Of a stretch of DNA of 64,000 nucleotides, positions 55,774-62,872 are shown piece after piece. Origin of the DNA: Nanobdellati archaeon. GTDB lineage: Archaea; B1Sed10-29; JAGVWA01. Numbering within the stretch: position 1 is the first letter of the stretch; each line of letters begins with the position of its first letter. The stretch is taken from assembly GCA_018304505.1 (NCBI GenBank), contig JAGVWA010000001.1, positions 68,363 through 132,362 of the forward strand, written 5' to 3'. Both the position numbers and the translations under genes were made by a program. Under the pieces are notes generated by a model. The model saw only the letters and a list, made by a program, of their open reading frames with translations. It did no database searches and had not been told where the DNA came from.

Positions 55774-55996
55774 GTCCCCGCCGGGATTCGAACCCGGGTC
55801 TCAGGCTCCGCAAGCCCATATTCTATTTGCCCTACAGTGCCTGGTTTGGAACAGCTCCATTGCGAAGCAATGGGGCGAATCTGCTTTTCTACAGCAAATT
55901 AAAGATTTACTGAGAAATCGAAAAAGCTTTGCTTTTTCGTATTTCCCCAGGCTTTTGCAGTTGCAAAAGGCTGTATCCAGGCTATACTACGGGGAC
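55774..55996 (-). tRNA. tRNA candidate, probably Arg (GCG), split by a ~150-nt intervening sequence between the D arm and anticodon arm
   Basis: The 3' part (55774-55820) reads UGGGC-UUGCGGA-GCCUG, then AGAC, then CCGGG-UUCGAAU-CCCGG and CGGGGAC-G. The matching 5' acceptor GUCCCCG and a perfect D arm (UA GUAU AGCCUGG AUAC) lie at 55996-55972. Confidence 0.45.
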
Positions 55997-56079
55997 ACTT
56001 ACATTGATTGTGATTTTTGAGTTAATAAAAACAATGGGCTGTGCAAAGCATTTTATAGCGCGGGGGCATAATTAAACTC

Positions 56080-56358
56080 ATGTGGAAAATTAACTTAACA
56101 GATTTAGATCGCGATGCCTTGAGGGAATTTGAAAACACCTGCGGCGGCCTTAGGGCACGGCTTGTTGTGAGGCCATACATTCAACACGCAGCCAATGCGA
56201 TGATCACCATAATGCAGGACGACTCAATCATTGCCGAAAAGCCGGACGCTGGGGCCATGGCGGGCATTACAAGAATTCACTACGGTCCTCATGAATTCAG
56301 AAGAGACAACAAATTCATAGAAACAAAAGACGGCTTTGTTGTCGGGCGCATAGTGTAA
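56080..56358 (+). CDS. hypothetical protein
   Basis: 92 aa with no motif. Confidence 0.3.
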   Translation: MWKINLTDLDRDALREFENTCGGLRARLVVRPYIQHAANAMITIMQDDSIIAEKPDAGAMAGITRIHYGPHEFRRDNKFIETKDGFVVGRIV

Positions 56359-56383
56359 TTGATTAAAAAATGATTAATGAGCC

Positions 56384-56638
56384 TTACGAAATCAGTGACA
56401 CGCCAAGCGATTCCAAGTTCTTCACATGCGGAATGTTCCTGATCCGTTCTTCTGTTTCTTCCGGGTTGTCGTTCTTGTCGTCGAAGACAGCGCCGACCTT
56501 TATGGCCCTTAAGCCGAATGCGAGGTCCTCAAACTCAATCGCCTTGACCTTATCGATATTTTTTAGCTCTTCAGCTATTTGGATTTCTTGTCCCGGTTCT
56601 TCCGGATAAACTCGATATAATGCCATTGCCATACCCAT
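56384..56638 (-). CDS. ef1b: Elongation factor 1-beta (aEF-1beta)
   Basis: 84 aa; LAFGLRAIKVGAVFDD matches the IAFGLKALQI consensus. Confidence 0.8.
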   Translation of the reverse strand: MGMAMALYRVYPEEPGQEIQIAEELKNIDKVKAIEFEDLAFGLRAIKVGAVFDDKNDNPEETEERIRNIPHVKNLESLGVSLIS

Positions 56639-56651
56639 TTATTCCACCTTT

Positions 56652-56807
56652 TTACGGACCTTCAAATCCGCATTCTTCGCACTTGTACTTAGTCACGGTC
56701 TGCCTGCACTTGATGCAGCGGTATATCGTGCTTTTTCCGCATGCGGGGCAAGGGAATTTGATATAGTCTGATGAAACTTCCTTATGGCAAGTCGAGCATT
56801 TCAGCAT
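56652..56807 (-). CDS. Zn-ribbon protein (COG2888-like) usually encoded next to EF-1beta
   Basis: MLKCSTCHKEVSSDYIKFPCPACGKSTIYRCIKCRQTVTKYKCEECGFEGP has four CxxC pairs. Not in the ORF track because it is shorter than 60 aa. Confidence 0.55.
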   Translation of the reverse strand: MLKCSTCHKEVSSDYIKFPCPACGKSTIYRCIKCRQTVTKYKCEECGFEGP

Positions 56808-56822
56808 TTGTCATTCACCAAC

Positions 56823-57014
56823 TTAAAGCACTTCTTCCCCCGCGAGCTTCACGAGGTATCCTGCAGAGATGTTTCGTGAAATCTTTGACTGGAAAATACG
56901 GAGTTTGTTAAGCGAGTCCTTGTTTTTCTCAAAATCCGTAGAGAAGTCCTGCGGGAACATCTTGTACAGTTCCTCTGTTTTCCTTCTTAGAATCTTTGAT
57001 CTCTGCTTACCCAA
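56823..57014 (-). CDS. rps17e: Ribosomal protein S17e (eS17)
   Basis: MGKQRSKILRRKTEELYKMF...DFEKNKDSL...SKISRNISAGYLVKL matches the eS17 consensus. Confidence 0.8.
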   Translation of the reverse strand: MGKQRSKILRRKTEELYKMFPQDFSTDFEKNKDSLNKLRIFQSKISRNISAGYLVKLAGEEVL

Positions 57015-57222
57015 TTACTTCACCCTGTGAATTTACCAGTACCTCTTTTCCGTGGTTGTCGATCCTGACAACGGTTAATGGAATCAGGTGCTCCTCGAAC
57101 TCCTGCTCAGCGATCTCTAAGCTCCTTGTTGATTTCGGGCTCTTTAGCAAAACCGGAGCTCCCATTCCTATCTGCAGCGCCCTTGCACTTATGATCCTAG
57201 CGACCTCAAAACGAGTCAACAT
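57007..57222 (-). CDS. rpoK: DNA-directed RNA polymerase subunit K (Rpo6/RpoK)
   Basis: LTRFEVARIISARALQIGMGAPVLL matches the Rpb6/RpoK consensus. Confidence 0.8.
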   Translation of the reverse strand: MLTRFEVARIISARALQIGMGAPVLLKSPKSTRSLEIAEQEFEEHLIPLTVVRIDNHGKEVLVNSQGEVIG

Positions 57223-57298
57223 GTTATTTCATCACCTGAGAATTAGGTTCTGTGCTGTAATTCGGCGCTCTTTGGGTTTATAAAGCTTTGCGTAGGCT

Positions 57299-57568
57299 TT
57301 ACCCAAAGTTTATCGAGCGGGGGTTGTCCCTTACGTGTGCTTCAAGATCCCTGACAAGGCTGTTGTCAAAAACCGGCTTTACCTCTAAAAATACCCCATT
57401 GACCTTTACAATGGCCGTTCTGTCGCCATGGCGATCTATTACCCGAACTTGCGCTTCTAGCGACCTTCCTTGTCCCGTGCCTGCGTGCACTATTACTGGC
57501 TCCCTTGGCCTTCCAATTGCAAAGCCCGCATAACCTTGGTGCTCGTCTAGTTCTGAAACTCTCCACAT
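57299..57568 (-). CDS. possible ribosomal protein L35Ae (eL33)
   Basis: 89 aa. IDRHGDRTAIVKVNG weakly resembles the L35Ae HGNSGVVRAKF motif. Confidence 0.35.
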   Translation of the reverse strand: MWRVSELDEHQGYAGFAIGRPREPVIVHAGTGQGRSLEAQVRVIDRHGDRTAIVKVNGVFLEVKPVFDNSLVRDLEAHVRDNPRSINFG

Positions 57569-57887
57569 ACTAATGAACCTCTTGTTATTTTTGCTGATCG
57601 GCCGTGCTTTGATGTTGCTTTGTTGCAGTTTTGCCGATTTTGCATGAATTATCCCATGGCGGTTTATAAACCTTTCGCTGGTTTAAACTAGTGTAAACTG
57701 GATAACGTTGCAAAATCTATATATGTTTCATGAGGCATAACTTAAAAGGATGATAAGGATCAGCCGCATCAGATTTATACGACGCAGGCGCGTGGTTTAC
57801 ATGCCAGTTGAAGAAGAGTTGGAGCTGGCAATGATTTTCAAGGAACTTGTCGAAGCAAAGGGGTACAAGTGCTCTGTACGGCTGGAG

Positions 57888-57927
57888 TGATGTGGACTGA
57901 TGTGGACTGATGAGGACCGATGCGGAC
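57888..57927. repeat. Four tandem decamers GATG(T/A/C)GGAC(T/C)
   Basis: tgatgtggac tgatgtggac tgatgaggac cgatgcggac, ~25 nt upstream of the pth2 ORF. Confidence 0.6.
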
Positions 57928-57991
57928 TAACGCAACATGACACGGGGATTACATGATTAGCCTTTTATACATCCCGTGGTTTCAAAAACAC

Positions 57992-58342
57992 ATGCTGAAG
58001 CAGATGATCGTTGTCCGTAAGGACTTGAAGATGACCCGCGGGAAAATGAGCGCGCAGGTGGCGCATGCGTCACTGGAGGCGTTTTTAAAGACCCAGAAAC
58101 AGCACCCCGACAAGGCGAAGAAATGGCGCGCAAACGGCATGAAAAAAATCGTGCTGGAAATCGACAGCAAGGAAGCCCTTCTCGCCCTGAAGGCCGACAT
58201 TGGAAGCAAGATCCCCACTGCGCTGATAACAGACGCCGGGCACACTCAACTTGAGCCCGGGACCATTACATGCCTCGGCATCGGGCCTTTTGATGAAGAA
58301 GAAATCGACAAGTACACAGGCCACTTGAAGCTGATAAACTAG
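57992..58342 (+). CDS. pth2: Peptidyl-tRNA hydrolase PTH2
   Basis: MIVVRKDLKMTRGKMSAQVAHASLEA...DAGHTQLEPGTITCLGIGP...TGHLKLI matches PTH2. Confidence 0.85.
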   Translation: MLKQMIVVRKDLKMTRGKMSAQVAHASLEAFLKTQKQHPDKAKKWRANGMKKIVLEIDSKEALLALKADIGSKIPTALITDAGHTQLEPGTITCLGIGPFDEEEIDKYTGHLKLIN

Positions 58343-58364
58343 TTTATTAAATCAACGGCTCGTA

Positions 58365-58739
58365 TTGATCACGATGACGAACATCAACTACAAGCGCGGC
58401 TACAACCTAGAATACAAGGCGAAGCAAATCTTGACAGAGAACGACTTCCTCGCATTCCGTAGCCCGGGCAGCAAGTCAGAGTCGGACCTGTACGCGTTCA
58501 AGGGCTCAACCAAGCTCTTTATACAGTGCAAAAAGACCACTGGTGACTCGATGTACATCTACAAGCTTGACGATTTAAAGAGCAAGGCAAAGACCCACCA
58601 GGCCATCCCGCTACTTGTTTACTCATTCAATCGCACGCCAGTGTACGCAACCCTTGTAAAGGCCGAGAAAATAGCCCTGAAAAAATCAGACAGCAACACC
58701 CCCCTAAAGGACATCCTAGAGGTTTTTGCAAAACCGTAA
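58365..58739 (+). CDS. hjc: Holliday junction resolvase Hjc-like
   Basis: KRGYNLEYKAKQILTENDFLAFRSPGSKSESDLYAFKGSTKLFIQCKKT parallels the Hjc signature KGSAFERELV...RSAGS...DLIA...IECKST. Confidence 0.55.
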   Translation: MITMTNINYKRGYNLEYKAKQILTENDFLAFRSPGSKSESDLYAFKGSTKLFIQCKKTTGDSMYIYKLDDLKSKAKTHQAIPLLVYSFNRTPVYATLVKAEKIALKKSDSNTPLKDILEVFAKP

Positions 58740-58777
58740 GCATATTAAACCCAAAATGCCCTAATGATTCAAACGAG

Positions 58778-59341
58778 GTGAAAAAACACATGATTGCAAA
58801 CATCGCAATAAAAGACATAATGACAAAGGGGATTGTGACAGCAAGACCCACAGACTCAGTTCTCACGATCTCACGAATGCTGAAAGCGGCAGGCATCGGC
58901 GCAGTCGTTATAACAGAAGGGCACGACATAAAAGGCATACTTACAGAAGGCGACATCATCCGCAAGGTCGTGTCATTGGACAAGAAACCCGGGGACCTGC
59001 AAGCAAAGGACATAATGACAAGCCCTGTAAGGAGCATCGACGACGACTTTGACATTGAAGAAGCATCGCGCATAATGAGGGACCTCCGTGTTGAGAGGCT
59101 GCCGGTAGCGCGAAACGAAAAACTCGTCGGCATCATTACACAGAACGACTTAACGAGAATCGAGCCTGCACTGCACGTCATCCTCAGGGAAGAGCGCGAA
59201 TTGCGGGCAATGAAAGGCGAGGAATACGACCGCCTGTTTTCCGGCATATGCGAAAACTGCAACAGCGCAGTAGTCGATGACCTGAAGATAACCGAAGACA
59301 AGCGGTTACTCTGCTCTGAATGCAGGGGCGAGACGTCATAA
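58778..59341 (+). CDS. CBS-domain pair protein with C-terminal Zn ribbon
   Basis: Two CBS motifs (IMTKGIVTARPTDSV...; IMTSPVRSIDDDFDIEEA...) and a terminal CENC...CSEC. Confidence 0.7.
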   Translation: MKKHMIANIAIKDIMTKGIVTARPTDSVLTISRMLKAAGIGAVVITEGHDIKGILTEGDIIRKVVSLDKKPGDLQAKDIMTSPVRSIDDDFDIEEASRIMRDLRVERLPVARNEKLVGIITQNDLTRIEPALHVILREERELRAMKGEEYDRLFSGICENCNSAVVDDLKITEDKRLLCSECRGETS

Positions 59342-59621
59342 CGCGCACTGATTTTTCGTCCAAGCACGAACAGAAGATTTATAAAGACAAAAACTCAATA
59401 AAACATTAGCGTGGGGATGAAAGCCACCGACACAATGAAGTTGGCTACAACACCACGCTGCACATCACCAACAATCAATCCAACAAACAATTCCCCAATC
59501 AAAAAATCATAAGTTCATTACATTCACAAACCTTCACAACCTTGCTTTCACAAAAAGCAAAACCATGAAGTAAACGCGCGCAGCAAAAGGCGTGCAAACA
59601 AAAGCGGACTACTTTTTTTGA

Positions 59622-59930
59622 TTGGTGCAAACAACAGATGATGAAGCCAACAGCATGATGAAGCAAACACAAAATGGAACGATCATAGAAGTCGAAGTAA
59701 CGACAAACGGCAGAAAATTTGGCCTCCGCGGAATCGATCCGTGGACACAAAGGCTCAAAATCAAACTGACGCAAAGGGCTCAGGACAACAAGGCAAACCA
59801 AGAGCTCATACAAGAAACATCAAGGCTATTCAAAGCTGACGTAATAATACTAAAAGGCTCAAAGAGCAACAAGAAAACCCTGCTCGTAAACACGGGCATT
59901 GACAAAATAAGAGAAGTAACATCACAATGA
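59622..59930 (+). CDS. DUF167 (YggU-like) family protein
   Basis: IIEVEVTTNGRKFGLRGIDPW...LKIKLTQRAQDNKANQELI matches the DUF167 pattern. Confidence 0.55.
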   Translation: MVQTTDDEANSMMKQTQNGTIIEVEVTTNGRKFGLRGIDPWTQRLKIKLTQRAQDNKANQELIQETSRLFKADVIILKGSKSNKKTLLVNTGIDKIREVTSQ

Positions 59931-60301
59931 CGCTTGAAAACCTTGACAAGCTCCTAACAGAGCTGCAAGAAGACGATCGGATAAAGATCGTCGAAGGGAA
60001 ACGAGACCAGCAAGCCCTAGAGGCTTTCGGCATAAAGAACATCAGAAAAATCAAAGGAAGATTATCAACCTTCATGTCCCGCATAAAAGAAGAAGCAATG
60101 GACGTGATCGTGCTAACAGACCATGACACGCGTGGAAACCAGCTCGCTGAAAGGCTAAAAGAACTGGCCCACCACGAAGGCATAAAAGCAGACCTCGGGT
60201 ATCGAAAGAAACTCAGGATGCTGTCTGGTGTTCTAGAATTCGAAGACCTCGTTTCCCACTATGAAGAAATCAAAAGAAAAGAATCAAAAAAAACGAGGTA
60301 G
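59927..60301 (+). CDS. Small Toprim-domain protein (COG1658-like)
   Basis: Toprim Glu motif IKIVEGKRDQQALEAFGI and DxD region VIVLTDHDTRG. Confidence 0.55.
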   Translation: MTLENLDKLLTELQEDDRIKIVEGKRDQQALEAFGIKNIRKIKGRLSTFMSRIKEEAMDVIVLTDHDTRGNQLAERLKELAHHEGIKADLGYRKKLRMLSGVLEFEDLVSHYEEIKRKESKKTR

Positions 60302-60307
60302 ATAAAA

Positions 60308-61630
60308 ATGGGAAAAACATACATTGACACAGTCAAATACTTAGTACGCGCAGACTTATACATCGACGGTCTCGTGGAAACACCGGACGCGGTCGGCGCA
60401 ATTTTCGGGCAAACCGAAGGGCTCCTAGGCGAAGAACTCGACTTACGAGAGCTGCAAAAATCAGGACGCATTGGGAGAATAGAAGTAAAGCTTAATCCAA
60501 AGAACGGCAAATCATACGGCGAAATCATCCTTCCAAGTTCACTCGACAGAATTGAAACGAGTATCCTGGCCGCATCGCTAGAAACAGTCGACCGGGTCGG
60601 GCCATGCGAGGCAAAGATCAAGGTCACGACCATAGAGGACATGCGCACAACCAAACGCGACCAGCTGGTCGACAGGGCGAAATTCATTCTCAGGGAACTG
60701 ATAACAGACAAAGTGCCAGAATCCAGAGAGATCTCTGATATGGTACGGGAAGAAGTCAAGGTCGCTGAAGTCGAGACTTACGGCCCAGAAAAACTGGCAG
60801 CAGGCCCGAACATCAAGGAAGCAGAGCACATCATAGTGGTAGAAGGGCGCGCTGACGTTTTAACAATGTTAAGGGCAGACATCAAAAACGTAATATGCCT
60901 CCAGGGCAAGAACATTCCGCAATCCGTAATCGACCTGAGCAAACAAAAAACCATAACGCTGTTCGTTGACGGCGACCGCGGAGGGGACCTCATTATTAAA
61001 AACATGACCGAACTCGGCGGCGAAGTCGACTTCATCGCAAAGGCCCCTGCGGGCAAGGAAGTCGAAGAACTCACGCAGAAAGAGATCATCAAGTGCCTCA
61101 GGAGAAAGGAACCACTAGAGCAGTACATGGCACGAAAAGGAAACCAAATATCAGGGACTGTAAGCACCGCGGCACCACTACCAGCAGCGCTAGGAACACC
61201 CAACCAAGGCGACAGGAGAGAACCAACACACCCCGGCCCAGGATTGCGCACAAGGCGCCCAGAAAGGTCAGACACCAGAGGGCCGCGCGAATACGACCGC
61301 ACAGTTACACCTAGGGCAACAAGGCTCCCTATTGCTATTGCGGAAAAACCAAGAGTGGACGTGCCATTCAAGGAAGAGCTCGAAAAATTGAAAGGCTCAC
61401 TCAAGGCCGTGCTCCTTGGAAAAGACAAGAAGCCCCTGGCAGAAGTCAACGTCCGTGACTTAGCTAAAGAAGTCGAAAACACAAAGGACATAGAAACAAT
61501 TGTGCTCGATGGCATCGTCACACAGCGCCTTGTGGATCTTGCAAGCAAAGGCCAGGTAAAACAAATTGTCGGCATCAGAAAAAGCAAGATCGAAAACCAG
61601 GGGAATGTCGAGATAAGCACCGTGGCCTAA
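60308..61630 (+). CDS. dnaG: Archaeal DNA primase DnaG (exosome-associated Toprim protein)
   Basis: N-terminus VGAIFGQTEGLLGEELDLRELQKSGRIGRIEV...SSLDRIETSILAASLETVDRVGPCEA. Toprim IIVVEGRADV and FVDGDRGGD. Confidence 0.85.
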   Translation: MGKTYIDTVKYLVRADLYIDGLVETPDAVGAIFGQTEGLLGEELDLRELQKSGRIGRIEVKLNPKNGKSYGEIILPSSLDRIETSILAASLETVDRVGPCEAKIKVTTIEDMRTTKRDQLVDRAKFILRELITDKVPESREISDMVREEVKVAEVETYGPEKLAAGPNIKEAEHIIVVEGRADVLTMLRADIKNVICLQGKNIPQSVIDLSKQKTITLFVDGDRGGDLIIKNMTELGGEVDFIAKAPAGKEVEELTQKEIIKCLRRKEPLEQYMARKGNQISGTVSTAAPLPAALGTPNQGDRREPTHPGPGLRTRRPERSDTRGPREYDRTVTPRATRLPIAIAEKPRVDVPFKEELEKLKGSLKAVLLGKDKKPLAEVNVRDLAKEVENTKDIETIVLDGIVTQRLVDLASKGQVKQIVGIRKSKIENQGNVEISTVA

Positions 61631-61668
61631 AACACCACGGCATCTGCCTTTTTTCCTTTTTTTCTCGT

Positions 61669-62070
61669 TTATTTCCTCTTCTTTAATTTTCTTTTCTTGT
61701 GCAACAGTTCAGGCAATGCAGTGGCTTCTTCCTCAACTGGGACAATAACGCTGCCCGATTGGTAGATCACACCACCCAGAATCACTATGGCGCTCCAAAA
61801 CAACAGGTTGGCCAAACTCGGCAACAACAGGCCTAATTGGGTGTTGAGGTCTCGCGGTCCAATGGTTTGTTCAACAGCAAAGCCGCCGATGTTCGCCGTG
61901 ACGGTCTGTGCAACGCCGCGGTTGGCCTGCTCCAGCAAATCAGATACTAAAAAAGTCTGATACACCGACGTCAAAAACATAAGAGCGGCGCCGAAAAACA
62001 CGAATGCCCCAATTAGTTTCAATACGTGCAATCGTTTGCTGCCGATCTTGAATATCATCACGCGATGCAT
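61669..62070 (-). CDS. membrane protein, hypothetical (start trimmed)
   Basis: The listed ORF N-terminus (MGPDGFEPS) is encoded by the tRNA-Val gene, so an internal Met was used. ~133 aa, 3-4 TM. Confidence 0.35.
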   Translation of the reverse strand: MHRVMIFKIGSKRLHVLKLIGAFVFFGAALMFLTSVYQTFLVSDLLEQANRGVAQTVTANIGGFAVEQTIGPRDLNTQLGLLLPSLANLLFWSAIVILGGVIYQSGSVIVPVEEEATALPELLHKKRKLKKRK

Positions 62071-62146
62071 GCCAATTCCCCGGGTAAACTCAAAGTTTAA
62101 AAAACCATTCAAGTATATAAATACCAAGGGGCACAATAACACGGAC

Positions 62147-62281
62147 AGGGCCCATGGTCTAGAATTCACATCCTTCCGAGGAGGCGAGTGGAAAACGGTT
62201 ATGACGCCACCCTTACAAGCCCATGCAAAAAGCAACTGGCGGAGAAAGGTGGAGATCGATGGTTCAAATCCGTCTGGGCCC
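62147..62281 (+). tRNA. tRNA-Val(UAC) with two introns (canonical 37/38 of ~29 nt and a ~25-31 nt intron in the D loop)
   Basis: GGGCCCA UG GUC-UAG...GGUUAU-GAC G CCACC-CUUACAA-[intron]-GGUGG AGAUC GAUGG-UUCAAAU-CCGUC UGGGCCC A. The exons match the archaeal tRNA-Val consensus. Confidence 0.65.
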
Positions 62282-62367
62282 ACTCACAGGAATACACATA
62301 CGAGCAGCATACTAACTGTGGAACAACAAATAAAAACGGCACCTTCCAATAATTAAATACTCTAATC

Positions 62368-62514
62368 GCACCAGTAGTCTAGTGGTATGACTCGGCCTTG
62401 CCAACGAAGGGTTTCACCCTCTCGACACCTGAAGCGCACCTTCAGTAGCGCGGTGTTCATGATGAAATCTCAGGTAAACAGGCCGTGGCCCGGGTTCAAT
62501 TCCCGGCTGGTGCA
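62368..62514 (+). tRNA. tRNA-Gly(GCC) with 76-nt intron carrying box C/D-like motifs
   Basis: GCACCAG UA GUCUAGUGGUAUGAC U CGGCC-UUGCCAA-[76 nt]-GGCCG UGGC CCGGG-UUCAAUU-CCCGG CUGGUGC A. The intron contains CUGA and AUGAUGA. Confidence 0.7.
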
Positions 62515-62872
62515 CTCAACCTTTTATACCAGAAATTGCAGAATTCATGCTGTGATCAACATGTGGACAAAACAAGGAGCAACAGCCGCACTACACGACC
62601 TGCAGAAACACTGGCAAAGGAACCCACCACAAAAAGATTCACAGCAACAACGCCGACAACGAGAAAGGCTGCAGGACACAATAACAAGCCTAGCAATAGG
62701 CGCACCCAATGAACTAATCATGACACAAATTCAACTCATCCAAGATACCGCCCCTGACAAAAAAACACAGCACCTCACTCAACTAGCACTACATGAACTT
62801 GAGCCAGAAAACCTATAACCCATATAATAAAAGCTTTTTATTCTCAATATCACATAAGTTGAATTGATACCA

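Noticed and set aside
57721-57890. 47-aa ORF (MIRISRIRFIRRRRVVYMPVEEELELAMIFKELVEAKGYKCSVRLE) upstream of pth2
   Set aside because: There is no recognisable family and it is short. It could be a leader peptide, but evidence is insufficient to call it.
59400-59460. Possible box C/D sRNA in the AC-rich 280-nt spacer upstream of the DUF167 gene (hairpin agcgtgg...ccacgct with GAUGAAA/AAUGAAG)
   Set aside because: The box C/D consensus (RUGAUGA / CUGA) is not met; it is probably just a 5' leader.
62150-62283. N-terminal part of ORF 61669..62283 (MGPDGFEPSIS...)
   Set aside because: It is encoded by the reverse complement of the tRNA-Val T arm and acceptor. The CDS was trimmed to an internal Met.
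62387-62818. 143-aa plus-strand ORF
   Set aside because: Its 5' third overlaps the tRNA-Gly gene and intron. Only the distal part (from ATG 62560) could conceivably be a small protein, and there is no support for that.
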